Assembly: GCF_004010195.1 (NCBI RefSeq)
Contig: NC_057756.1
Coordinates: 1,701,703-1,765,702, forward strand
Source of the DNA: Chiloscyllium plagiosum
Taxonomy: Eukaryota
Reading direction: 5' to 3'
Length of the DNA stretch: 64,000 nt
Part shown: in pieces, positions 54,301 through 62,200 of the stretch
Layout: each line of letters begins with the position of its first letter
How positions within the stretch are numbered: position 1 is the stretch's first letter
Notes under the pieces: model-generated
What the model was told of the DNA's origin: nothing
Seen by the model: only the letters and a program-made list of their open reading frames with translations
Databases searched by the model: none
Position numbers and translations under genes: made by a program

Positions 54301-57300
54301 AAGATTATTTATGACAAATATAGTGCACTCGCATTCAGATAGAGAATGATCTTTAAAAGAATAAAAGATACACAAGTAAATGCATTCTCATCACATTTTT
54401 TATCGGGCTCATTGACAATGCCCTAAGCTGCTGCATCATTACCTGGTTCGAGAATTGCGCCATCTCGGATTGTAAGACCATACAACGGATAGTGAAGATA
54501 GCTGAGAATATCATCGTAGTCTTTCTTTCAGCATTACATATATTTACACCACACACTGCATCCGAAAGACTAACAGCATTGTGAAATACGGCACCCATCT
54601 CTTACACAAGCTCTTTTCCCTCCTGCCATCTGGCAGAATATATTGAAGCATTGGGTCTCTGACGGGCAAACTGTGCAACAATGTCTTCACCCAAGTCATA
54701 AGGCTCCTTAACACAGTATGATCGAACTCTTTCCAATTGAATTTAATTGCAGGACATTGAATTACTGCGAAAATATGTGTCTTATTTTACATTCTTCTGT
54801 TACAATATTTTGCCCTTCTTATGCCCTTCGTAGCAGAGAGATGTGTATAGTTTATACAGTCTAAGTAGCATCGTAGGTCTTGGAGGAGTGCTGTCTCGTT
54901 TTTCCTGCATCAGTTGCATATGGTAGAAATGACAAATTAAAAAAAAACACTCTAGTCTACTCTTGTCGTTTGGTGTTCACAAGGGACGAGACAAATAACG
55001 TATCAGAAATGTTGAAAAACACACAGATTGTGAGAGGGATAAACTGAGGGAAATCAATATTAAACAGGACAATGACTTAGTGGAAAGTGAATTAATGGCT
55101 GATAAATCCTTAGAGAAGCTTTATCACACTGTATTTCAAAAAGTGATTCTCTAAATATTGAATGGATTGGTGATCACCTTCCAAGATTCGATAGATTCCG
55201 GAACAATTCCTGCAGAAGTGAACCGAGCTACAAAGAAAACTTGCAATTACAGACCAGAGAGTCTCATGCCATTCCTGATGAAGGGCTTATGCCCGAAACG
55301 TCAATTCTCCTGCACCTCAGATGCTGTCTGACCTTCCCAGCAACACACTCTCGACTCTGATTTCCAGCATGCGCAGTCATCACTTTCTTCCAGTCTGACG
55401 TCAGAGGTAGGAAAAGTGCAAGAGCCTATATAAATCTGACTGTATTCCAGCATTTACAAAACATTGGCAAAATTGAACAGTCAGCATGGACTTATGAAAT
55501 GAAAGCCATGCATGAAAAATCTTTTGGAATCCTTGGAAGATCTCACTGGTAGAGGTACAAAAAAAAATGACTGTCAATGTAGCTTGTTTGGAATTATAGA
55601 CGTCATTTTTCAATGTTCTGTTTAAGAGATTCGTGTGTAAAGTAAAAGTACGACGAATTGTGGGTGGTCTGCTGTTTCGGAAACTGGAAAACAAAATAGT
55701 GTTGCGGTTGCTGTAAGAGGGATCATCGAATGCCAAATGTTAACTGTGCTTTCTCTCTATGAATGTTGAGTTTCTCCAGCAATTTCTGTTTTTGTTTTGG
55801 ATAGAAAACTCTTTGACAGACAGAAAACAAAAAGTTGGGAAAACAGCTCTGCATCAAATTGCAGACACGTGCTATTTGAGTAACACAGAATAAATGAAAT
55901 GTGGGTAAGTGCGTCAACTATGTGGAAGGTGTACGGCTTTTTTAGCCTGATTTACTAAGCTGAATGACTGAGTAAATTTCTGCAGATGCAGCATATTGTA
56001 GATAATTGTTTCGTTTTGTACTTTGGGAGCCAAATCAATAAGGCATATTCGAGCGTTAATAGATGTAAGTTAAGAAATTTAATGTGCAACGATACATGGG
56101 AGTCCTCATAAAACTTTGCTGGAAATAAGCAGGCAGACTTACGAGGTGATTAAGAAAAAGGGAATGGTGCTCATAGCAGGAAGATTCAACATAATGAGCA
56201 GGCATGTTTTGCTACAATGTAAGTCTAAGAATAAATTGAATTAAACACTTTTAGCTAAAGTTAATATAATTTATCTGAAACAAAGAGAAAGAAATGATTG
56301 GGTTGGATGATCAGCCATGATCATGTTGAATTTTGGAATAGATGGAGGGGCCCACATAATGAAATTATGTGAATAAGTTCTATATATATCTTTGTAGGAA
56401 TGGACATCACATCCGTCATTCTCGTTCACTGATATGACAAGAATATGATGTAAACTTTGTTTCATCTGGCAAAAATCTATGACCGATTGTGGAACAGTGT
56501 TTAGCTGTCTCAGCTCTAAGTGAAATGATTACACTTTTGATGTTGCTTAGACAACCTTCGGAGATGTATGAAACAAAACGTGCAGTGCAGTAATCAATGA
56601 GTGCAGCTGACACATATTGTGTTACTGGCAGCCCTCATATTTTTATTATATTTGCTTCTCGGCAAAGACAGCAAGGAAGTTGCAGCATTGAGCAGATTGC
56701 AATTATGCCAGTTTCCTCATATATAATTATTTGCTCTTGTCAATATTATGATAGTGTGCTACTCTGGACAGTTCTGTGATGCCACATGTTTGTCAAAGTC
56801 TATATGCATTAATGGAACAAATCAAATTATGCTTAATAAACTGCAAATGAATTACCATTTGCGAGAAAACAGATTTCTGAAGAAGATGCAATGAAAAAAT
56901 ATGTGAAATTTAATTGATACGGAAAATGTCTACGAAGTGGAATGAAGGTGCAAAAATTTCATATTTTGACCTTACTGTCCTGATGAAAGAATAAATCAAG
57001 AAATTAAAATATTTTCATTTAAATTATTAGAAATTGAAAGAAAAAGCTCAGAATGCCATCGGATCTCGTTAGTTAGTTAATTAAGTTACTCAGGTTCAAA
57101 TGCAGGCAGAGCAGATAATTAGAAAAGCAAGTCATATTCTTATTGCTATTACGAGGTAATTAAATATGAAACTGAGGTAGTAATTCAGGTACAAGGAGGC
57201 CATTTCTTTCATCATGTCTGAAATTCCCATATGATATTAATATCTTAGGAAATGGCAGTTTTGTTTAGATTATGTAACCTACAGCGTTGAAACAGGCCAT

Positions 57301-59298
57301 TCCTCCCAAGAAGCTCAAATGGGCCTCCAACGAAGAAGCAACACAGACCCATTTCCGTCTGACTAATTCAGCTAACGGTCTGGGCAATTTAGCATGGACA
57401 ATTCACCTAACCTGCACGTCTTTGGATTGAGGAAGAAGAACCAAGCAGATACAGGGAGAATGTGCAAACTCCACGCAGACAGGAATGGAACCGGGGATTC
57501 GGATGGTGCGAGGCAGTAACTACTGAGCCAGTGTAACATCTCATGAGGCTGCCTAGAAAACGGTTCAGTGAAACCTCAGCGTGCAAACACGTGAAAGAGC
57601 CATATTGCATTATTAGAAGTGTCCTGGCCTTACCTTGCCACCTTAATAGTTGAAAAAGTGCATTTTTGCGGAAATTTGTGATGATCTGATGATATTTCAT
57701 AGAAATAAGAAAGTATGTTTTCTCACGTTTAATATTTTGGAACAATAGATCACTGTTCATGGCAAATACATGTTACACCTGAACAGTATGGACGGGAGCT
57801 TTCCCTCTTTCAGAATCTCCATGCGTACACACAAGTGTGTGTGTGTGTGAATTTCCTATAAGAGGGCCCACTAAATCTTCCTGTATATGATGAAAATATG
57901 TTTAGACAGGAATTTTGTATTCATTGAATTGGAAGGGTAGCCTGAGGTTTAGTGTGATCAGCTATGAACTTGTTACATGCATGAACATCCTCAAAGTTTC
58001 AAATAGCCTTCCATTGAAGATAACTGGCAATGTGATATGTAGTTTCAAGCAGGTTGTATTCTTAAGGTGTTCCGTTGTCAGCGAATAAACAAAGCCCATA
58101 ATATGCTACTTCTGAGTTACCAGCTATTTTGATATATAGGGGCTAGCAGATATTCTCAGAAATCAGAATTTGGCACCTTTTCTTTCAAATGTTTTTCCTA
58201 CCAACTGCAAACTTTAGGACTTAAATCTGCGCTGCATTTAAAAGCAAATACATGGCTAATTACGGCAATTAATGCTACTATTTGCTTTTCAACTCACGTG
58301 TATCCTCAAGAGCCTTTTTCACATTGTTCAATTCTTGACAAAAGGAAGAGAAGTTTTGATAATCGTGACACGTTCTCTAAAATAATTTTGAAAATGACTA
58401 TCATAGTTGCTGCAATGACTTAGATTGCCCACAACACAGCCATTTTATTTTCACCATTACTGATAGCTCTTCTTGCTTCAATTTTTCTTTCATTGTTTTC
58501 AAACAGATGACGCATACCGACAGACAAATGTAAAGATCTGATAGTTAAAGGAATGAATTTCTACCCAATGAAACATAGACAAATTGAAACACAGAATGAT
58601 TACAGAACAGAAGCATGACATCTGAGCTATTCAGTCCACACCATCCTTCTGAAGAAAATCCCAACCAGAACCCCAATTTATCGCCTTGACCTTGCATCTG
58701 AAATGGCCAATCCACATAGGCTGCAAATACCTGGACACTGTGGGCAATTTATCAATGCCAATCAACCTAACGTGCACATCACTGGATTGTGGGAGAAAAC
58801 CGGAGCATCCCAGAATAAATTCCACACTGACAGTCGCGTGAGGCTGGAATCCACCCGTTTAACATACCTATGCTAAACATTGATCTGCCCAAATTCAATT
58901 TAAAATTAATCAGAAATTATGATTGAAATAATTCAGTCGACAGTAATACATGATAAATAATTCAGCCTACTTCATATTGCCTGAACACCAGAATTGACTA
59001 AACTTCCTGCGGATTAAAAGATTAAATCTGACTAACCTAACTTTGAATTGCTTTGTTTCTCGTGAAGTTGCCCATTACCATTCAAAAAAAAAGTTGTGAT
59101 CATTTTAATGGTTACCGTAATTCAGAAACAGATAATCAATATTACCCACAATACACAAAATTCTGTTGTTTTGAAACATTCATGTTACATATTATAGTTG
59201 GGGGATCACATTTAAGACTTCTGACCAAGCAAAGACAATGCGATAAAATGTAATCAGTTTGTGTCACCTACCTTTTCCATTTCCACTTGATTTTTCTT
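6251..59298 (-). CDS. Partial multi-exon gene: 16 phase-1 microexons (27/36 nt) encoding a ~162-aa heptad-repeat coiled-coil segment; both ends not established
   Basis: 16 segments, each bounded by an AG acceptor and GT donor, all 27 or 36 nt and on one strand. They splice collinearly without a stop and are mutually homologous. Individual exons are listed below. Confidence 0.85.
7700..8055 (+). mobile_element. Penelope-like element 3' fragment
   Basis: Degenerate GIY-YIG C-terminal-like sequence (WHS..SINKHIDLDPIY) followed by a decayed CTGATGA hammerhead-type motif at 7982. Confidence 0.65.
9442..9559. repeat. tandem duplication, ~58 bp x2
   Basis: agtggcagtggttgttga...tcttagctagagctggaataatgag occurs twice. 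Confidence 0.9.
10577..10603 (-). CDS. microexon 15 (27 nt, C type): ELKRCTEQA
   Basis: ctctttttggctttctag|AACTTAAAAGATGCACAGAACAGGCCA|gtaagt. Confidence 0.85.
11481..11507 (-). CDS. microexon 14 (27 nt, B type): EETLNKREK
   Basis: tatttccaattatag|AAGAAACTTTGAATAAAAGAGAAAAAG|gtaaga. Confidence 0.88.
11597..12205 (+). mobile_element. CR1 LINE 3' fragment (~600 bp)
   Basis: ORF 11739-11999 (LEDLSYSERLNRLGLFSL) and a (ctatga)-type tail. Confidence 0.9.
12372..12407 (-). CDS. microexon 13 (36 nt, A type): ELNTVKESLNET
   Basis: ctatttttctcactacag|AACTAAATACAGTAAAAGAATCTCTTAATGAAACTG|gtgagt. Confidence 0.9.
12579..13016. other. assembly gap (N run) within a (TCTA)n/(TCTG)n microsatellite
   Basis: N characters, followed by (ATCT)n at 13017-13087. 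Confidence 0.98.
13280..16198 (-). mobile_element. Tx1-clade LINE: one ~2.5 kb 5'-truncated copy plus two short 3'-end copies in tandem
   Basis: RT motifs on the minus strand (YTVP..IHDN, SLDQEKAFDRVDH, QG.PLS.QLY, AYADD) and a C-terminal CLFCG..ESVEH zinc motif. The 3' region recurs at ~13400-13730, ~15870-16198 and as a fragment near 13330. Confidence 0.9.
16398..16662 (+). mobile_element. HE1-like tRNA-derived SINE
   Basis: A-box-like gtggctcagcagttagcactgctgcctc, core tttgcacattctccccgtgtctgcgtgggtttcc, tail gtaatctaat. Confidence 0.85.
16900..16926 (-). CDS. microexon 12 (27 nt, B type): EQNLAKKER
   Basis: ttctttattaacatag|AACAAAACCTGGCTAAAAAGGAAAGAG|gtatga; close paralogue of exon 10. 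Confidence 0.85.
17925..20620 (-). mobile_element. long degraded CR1 LINE (ORF2)
   Basis: Minus-strand fragments YRPMNLMSVVGKLL, MDFSK.LD.MPHGRL, VTSGIP, PHLEHCVHF, RGNFVTQWVVGAWN. Confidence 0.9.
21949..21984 (-). CDS. microexon 11 (36 nt, A type): ELQDVNKSLDET
   Basis: catatattttcag|AATTGCAAGACGTGAATAAAAGTCTTGATGAAACTG|gtaaat. Confidence 0.88.
22210..23160 (-). mobile_element. CR1 LINE fragment
   Basis: DDSKI..IV, WQTEIN..KCEVLHF, FTQRVV, FKMHLDKHL. Confidence 0.85.
23590..23670. repeat. (GATA)n microsatellite
   Basis: Read directly from the sequence. Confidence 0.95.
24874..25180 (-). mobile_element. HE1-like SINE, full length and well preserved
   Basis: Minus strand starts gggcagcacggtggcacagtggttagcactgctgcctcacagcgccaggagacccgggttcaagtccc (A and B boxes) and ends in (tctaa)n. 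Confidence 0.92.
27030..27056 (-). CDS. microexon 10 (27 nt, B type): EQKLSKKER
   Basis: ctctacattcaacag|AACAAAAATTGAGCAAGAAAGAAAGAG|gtaaga. Confidence 0.88.
27622..28228 (-). mobile_element. young CR1 LINE 3' fragment (~600 bp)
   Basis: Intact 167-aa ORF2 C-terminus at 27704-28207 (LLRPLLEYCVQFWS...). Confidence 0.95.
31300..31335 (-). CDS. microexon 9 (36 nt, A type): ELEEKIEILGET
   Basis: aaattgaattgcag|AATTGGAAGAGAAAATTGAAATTCTTGGAGAAACAG|gtaaga. Confidence 0.88.
31655..31725. repeat. degenerate (GATA)n microsatellite
   Basis: Read directly from the sequence. Confidence 0.8.
31855..31881 (-). CDS. microexon 8 (27 nt, B type): DNKLRQKGK
   Basis: ttttttttattcacag|ACAACAAGCTTCGCCAAAAAGGAAAAG|gtaaac. 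Confidence 0.85.
32700..33000 (-). mobile_element. degenerate HE1-like SINE
   Basis: Similar to 24874-25180 (gaatgtgcagattccacgcagacagtc, ctgagccaccgt). Confidence 0.7.
33490..34480 (-). mobile_element. degraded CR1 fragments interrupted by a probable Penelope-like fragment (~33930-34300)
   Basis: CR1 3' end similarity (ccaaatgccttttaaatgttgt); the interrupting segment is a low-confidence call. Confidence 0.5.
34870..34905 (-). CDS. microexon 7 (36 nt, A type): EIKELEQSLADS
   Basis: tctgttctttccatcag|AAATAAAAGAGCTGGAACAAAGTCTTGCAGATTCAG|gtgaga. Confidence 0.88.
35610..35905 (+). mobile_element. HE1-like SINE
   Basis: ttagcactgctgcctcacagcgccagagacccgggttcgattcc ... gcctgtttccacactg. Confidence 0.85.
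36289..36349. repeat. (CA)n/(CACG)n microsatellite
   Basis: Read directly from the sequence. Confidence 0.9.
36520..38650 (-). mobile_element. old degraded CR1 LINE
   Basis: LLRPRLENCLQFW; SEHGF...RSCQTNLI..F; VVYLD. Confidence 0.8.
38998..39638 (+). mobile_element. two adjacent HE1-like SINE copies (~38998-39287 and ~39400-39638)
   Basis: SINE head and core motifs with taatcta tails. Confidence 0.85.
39983..40009 (-). CDS. microexon 6 (27 nt, B type): EEKLKRREK
   Basis: ctgcttcctcattgtag|AGGAAAAATTGAAAAGGAGAGAAAAAG|gtgagg. Confidence 0.85.
40180..40264. repeat. tandem duplication, 39 bp x2
   Basis: ttttgccatcattgtggccagttgaaagaacata occurs twice. Confidence 0.92.
40757..41217. mobile_element. 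nested palindromic (Penelope-derived-like) elements
   Basis: Outer inverted termini aaaatcacaca..ttatagtcc / ggactataacc..tgtgtgatttt. Inner insert 40881-41100 has ~80-bp inverted arms and TSD caggttatag (40871-40880, 41101-41110). Confidence 0.75.
40975..41010 (-). ncRNA. minimal type I hammerhead ribozyme motif
   Basis: Minus strand reads CTGATGA-AGGGC-TTTT-GCCC-GAAAC-GTC. Confidence 0.65.
42480..42607. repeat. compound (GACA)n/(CA)n microsatellite
   Basis: Read directly from the sequence. Confidence 0.85.
42649..42684 (-). CDS. microexon 5 (36 nt): STDHNGLDLAGM (linker-like)
   Basis: atatgttttacag|GTACAGACCATAATGGACTAGATCTAGCAGGAATGG|gtaagt. Confidence 0.75.
43679..43705 (-). CDS. microexon 4 (27 nt, C type): ELEALRQKC
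   Basis: ttatctttacttcag|AATTAGAAGCTCTTCGGCAAAAGTGCA|gtaagt. Confidence 0.85.
45360..45590. mobile_element. old palindromic Penelope-derived-like element
   Basis: Imperfect inverted arms (atctgtggacagaaatcag..tccagtgacc / ggtcactggatc..ctgatttctggccacagat) with a decayed ctgaaga motif. Confidence 0.55.
46263..46289 (-). CDS. microexon 3 (27 nt): QKLLSDTKN
   Basis: ctgacactgcag|AAAAACTGTTAAGCGATACAAAAAATG|gtaagg; keeps the heptad register between exons 2 and 4. Confidence 0.8.
47560..48024. mobile_element. possible solo LTR
   Basis: TGTGA...TCACA termini and LTR-like size; no clean TSD. Confidence 0.35.
48060..51015 (+). mobile_element. degraded CR1 LINE ORF2 with a nested antisense copy
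   Basis: GDFNFP-like (48101), GKSCLTNL, PQG.LLGPL.F.I.IND, 3' end near 51010. Confidence 0.88.
50155..50747 (-). mobile_element. young CR1 3' fragment (~600 bp) nested in an older CR1
   Basis: Intact 164-aa ORF 50230-50724, highly similar to 27704-28207. Confidence 0.95.
53245..53560 (-). mobile_element. degenerate HE1-like SINE
   Basis: tgtatggaaacagg, gtgcaaactccacataga, gtgaagcagcagtg. Confidence 0.7.
54385..54963 (+). mobile_element. Rex1/Babar-type LINE 3' fragment
   Basis: Degenerate CIITWFENC...QRIVKIAE.II...LFSLLPSGR...IRLLN C-terminus and a (ctcta)-like tail. Confidence 0.75.
55265..55391 (+). mobile_element. short insert carrying a minimal hammerhead motif
   Basis: CTGATGA-AGGGC-TTAT-GCCC-GAAAC-GTC at 55275-55302; short duplication agtct at 55260-55264 and 55392-55396. 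Confidence 0.65.
57265..57535 (-). mobile_element. degenerate HE1-like SINE
   Basis: gggcaatttagcatggacaattcacctaacctgcac; gagaatgtgcaaactccac. Confidence 0.75.
58298..58333 (-). CDS. microexon 2 (36 nt, A type): ELNNVKKALEDT
   Basis: ctcttccttttgtcaag|AATTGAACAATGTGAAAAAGGCTCTTGAGGATACAC|gtgagt. Confidence 0.85.
58595..58855 (-). mobile_element. degenerate HE1-like SINE
   Basis: ggattgtgggagaaaaccggagca core. Confidence 0.7.
59272..59298 (-). CDS. microexon 1 (27 nt, B type): (x)EKSSGNGK
   Basis: ctgattcttattgtag|AAGAAAAATCAAGTGGAAATGGAAAAG|gtaggt; similar to exon 39983-40009 including its acceptor (cattgtag). Confidence 0.7.
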
Positions 59299-59607
59299 CT
59301 ACAATAAGAATCAGGATTCAGCACATGACAACCATACTTCGTTTTAAACTTGCATTTTTCATGACAACATCAAAAGTACATCGCAACTTTAGTCCCAAAA
59401 TCAAGGGCCCATCTCCCTGCTGGCCAATGGTTGATTTTAGTCATAACAAAACATTGGTAGTCAATCAAGGATGTTTTCCAAGAGAAAGTAGGCGAAAAGT
59501 ATTTGTTTCTTGGGGTAATCCAATAACTATTGTTCACAGTCTTGATGAACCCACTTTGCCAGGTTGGCACTGTCGTAATTTCCTTTTCTCGTTGAATCAT
59601 TACAAGG

Positions 59608-59723
59608 TTCAAAGTTTGGGAGAAGATTTGTAGCTAGGGTGCTCGTTGTTGTGGTTCTGTTCGCCGAGCTGGGAATTTGTGTTGCAACACAAATTCCCAG
59701 CTCGGCAAACAGAACCACAACAG
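59608..59723. mobile_element. short palindromic insertion with an 11-bp TSD
   Basis: 76-bp near-perfect palindrome at 59647-59722; tcattacaagg duplicated at 59597-59607 and 59724-59734. Confidence 0.85.
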
Positions 59724-59999
59724 TCATTACAAGGCTTGTTGGTCTCAATGTTTCCCTACATTGCTCAAATTAACATTTTTTTTAATCACATAATATTATG
59801 TGAATTAGAACAACTGTTATCTGACGGCGATTAATAATTTCACCAATACCTTATTGACTCGTGCCCTTATTAAGGTGAAAGTGAAATTGCAAAGCCTACG
59901 CCCACATCTCTCCCCTCATTTCCGTCCAATGCCCCACAGTAGTCTTCCACATCCATCAAAGTTTCACCTGCAGTCCCACATATGTCATTTACTTATCCA

Positions 60000-62200
60000 T
60001 TGTCCCAAATGCAGTCTCCTCTAGATTGGGGAGACAGGACGTCTCGTACCAGAGCGCTTCAGGGAACATCTCTGGGACGCCAGCACCAACTACCCCCACC
60101 GTCCGATGGCCGAACACTTCAACTCCCCCTCCCATGCTATCCCATCATACATGTGCTTATTCAAGGATTGTTTAAAACTCCCTACTGTGGCTGAGTTAAC
60201 TACATTAGCAGGCAGGGCATTCAACTCCCTTACCACTCTGAGTAAATAACCTGCTTTTGATATCCATCTTAACTCTATCATCCCTCAATTTATAACTGTG
60301 TCCCCTCGTACAAGCTGACATAATCATCCTAGGAAAAAAAGACTTTCACTGTCTACCCTATTGAATCCTCTGGTCATCTTGTGCGTCTCTATCTAATTCC
60401 CTCAGTCTTCTCCTTTCCAATGAGAACAGACCCAAGTCTCTCAGCCTTTCCTGGTAAGATCTTCCTCCCAGACCAGGCAACATCCTGGTAAATATCCTCT
60501 GCACCTTTTCCAAAGCTTCCACATTCTACCTGTAATGAGGCCACCGCCCATCTCTAAATTTATAACGTTATATATTTAACACAGCTTTCTTCATGAGTCG
60601 AGAATTGCAGATGTAATACATTCCGGAATGCAACAAAAAAAACACGAGTTAGCACACAAATGTAAAAGAATAGTGACATCACGGAAGTGCTTATGAAATA
60701 CACTACATGTACAGTAAGTTTGGGATGCTATGTCGCAATTATACAGGACAAGTCATTTTTAGACTACTACGGAAAATTCTGGTTGGCCATCGTTAGGAAA
60801 TAGTTTGTTAGACTTAAGAGGGTGCAGAAACGATTTTCAAGAATGTTGTAGGACTGGAGCTTTTGAGTTATGCAGAGATGCTGTCTAGGCTGGAGCCTTT
60901 ACTTCCCTTGATGTTCGAGGATGAGGGGTTATTTTACAAACTTTGTAATATCATTCGGGACACAAATAGGGTACATAGGCAAGGAATTTGTCTTAGGTTG
61001 GGCAGTCAAAAATTTCCCAACTTATTTTATGGTGACAGAGGAATATTTTTAAACGATCTGAGAGTTGCTCTTTTCACTCAGAGGGCGGTGCATTTACAGA
61101 ACGAGTTGTCTGAGGAACTGATGTAGCAGGGCATATTTACGGCATTTGAAAGACATCGAGAAGTGTGTATGAACAGGAGGGGTTTAGGGTGTATGGAACA
61201 AACAGTGGCAAATTGGACTTCATCAGTTTGAAATGTATGGTATTCACAGTTTTTTTGATTAAAGAATCAGTTTCTACACAGTATGACTACGACACAGTCT
61301 ACATTAAAGTACCTCAGCGATGTCACAAACATTTTGGGTTAGATTAGATTAGATTAATGCTTCGAAATTATACTTAATGTATAGAAGTGGAATTCTTAGG
61401 ATAACATAATTATGTGCGGAACTTTTCGGAACAAAGATGATGGAGTTGTGAAGCTTATCTACCAGAAGCATCAAGTTGACAAAACGATAAGGTATTTGAT
61501 CAGAATCGCAGATGACTTGATCCGAACAATTAAAAACAGATCATAAGGCCTTAACACAAAGGATTGGAAATTACGCCATTTGACCCATCGAGTATCTTCC
61601 GCTATTCAGTCATGGTTGATCGGTTTCTGGCCCAATTTTCCCGTTTTCGCTCCATAGCATTTAATCACCTTAACAATCTAGAACTTATTTGTCTCTGCTT
61701 TAAATGTACTGTTTTACCAGTCCTCTACAGCCTCTTGCAGCAATGAACTCCACAGATTCACCACACTCTCCCTAAAGTAGTGCCTCTTAATGTCTGATCT
61801 AAAAGGTCTTCCCTTTCTTCTAGAGGTATGTCATCGTTCCTCATCTGTCCAGCCAATTGAAACATCTCCAAACATTCATTACGTCCAGGCCGTTCAGTAT
61901 TCTGAAAGTTTTAATGAGATCCGACCTCGTCCTTCTGAAATGCATCGAGTACAGTCCCAGAGTCCTCAAACTTTCCTTATACGTTAAGTTGTTCATTCCT
62001 GGGATCATCGTCACGAACCTCCTCAGGACACATTCCAGACCTCTATGCTTCCTACCAAAATGCATGACCTCACAATTTCCCACGTTGCATTTCATCTGCA
62101 ACAGTTTATCCAGTCTGCTCGAATGTCTAAATTTTTCTGCAGCCTCCCCGCCTCTTTGCTATTACCAACCCTGTTGTCTATCTTTGTACCATCTTTATGT
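60000..62200. mobile_element. cluster of CR1 3' fragments (~60000-60540 minus, ~60710-61295 plus, ~61540-62200 minus)
   Basis: CR1 ORF2 C-terminal motifs in ORFs 60090-60281, 60863-61126 and 61841-62101. Confidence 0.8.

Larger units (their letters stand above)
51230..56400 (+). mobile_element. very old CR1 with ORF1 remnants, broken up by later insertions
   Basis: CSSCCM-type ORF1 zinc motif (~51254), esterase-like remnant (~51850-51960) and later ORF2 remnants (YRP.SL, ~55250). Interrupted by a CR1 fragment, a SINE, a Rex fragment and a hammerhead-bearing insert. Confidence 0.6.

Noticed and set aside
56856..56876. 21-nt phase-1 candidate exon (QICFLAN)
   Set aside because: Splice sites are plausible and 21 nt would keep the register, but the peptide is unlike the coil and exons 2 and 3 join well without it. 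Not fully excluded.
59300..59760. Possible degenerate Ig C1 exon (YGCHV...W)
   Set aside because: Stops in all frames and no first Cys; the donor is explained by the 27-nt exon 59272-59298.
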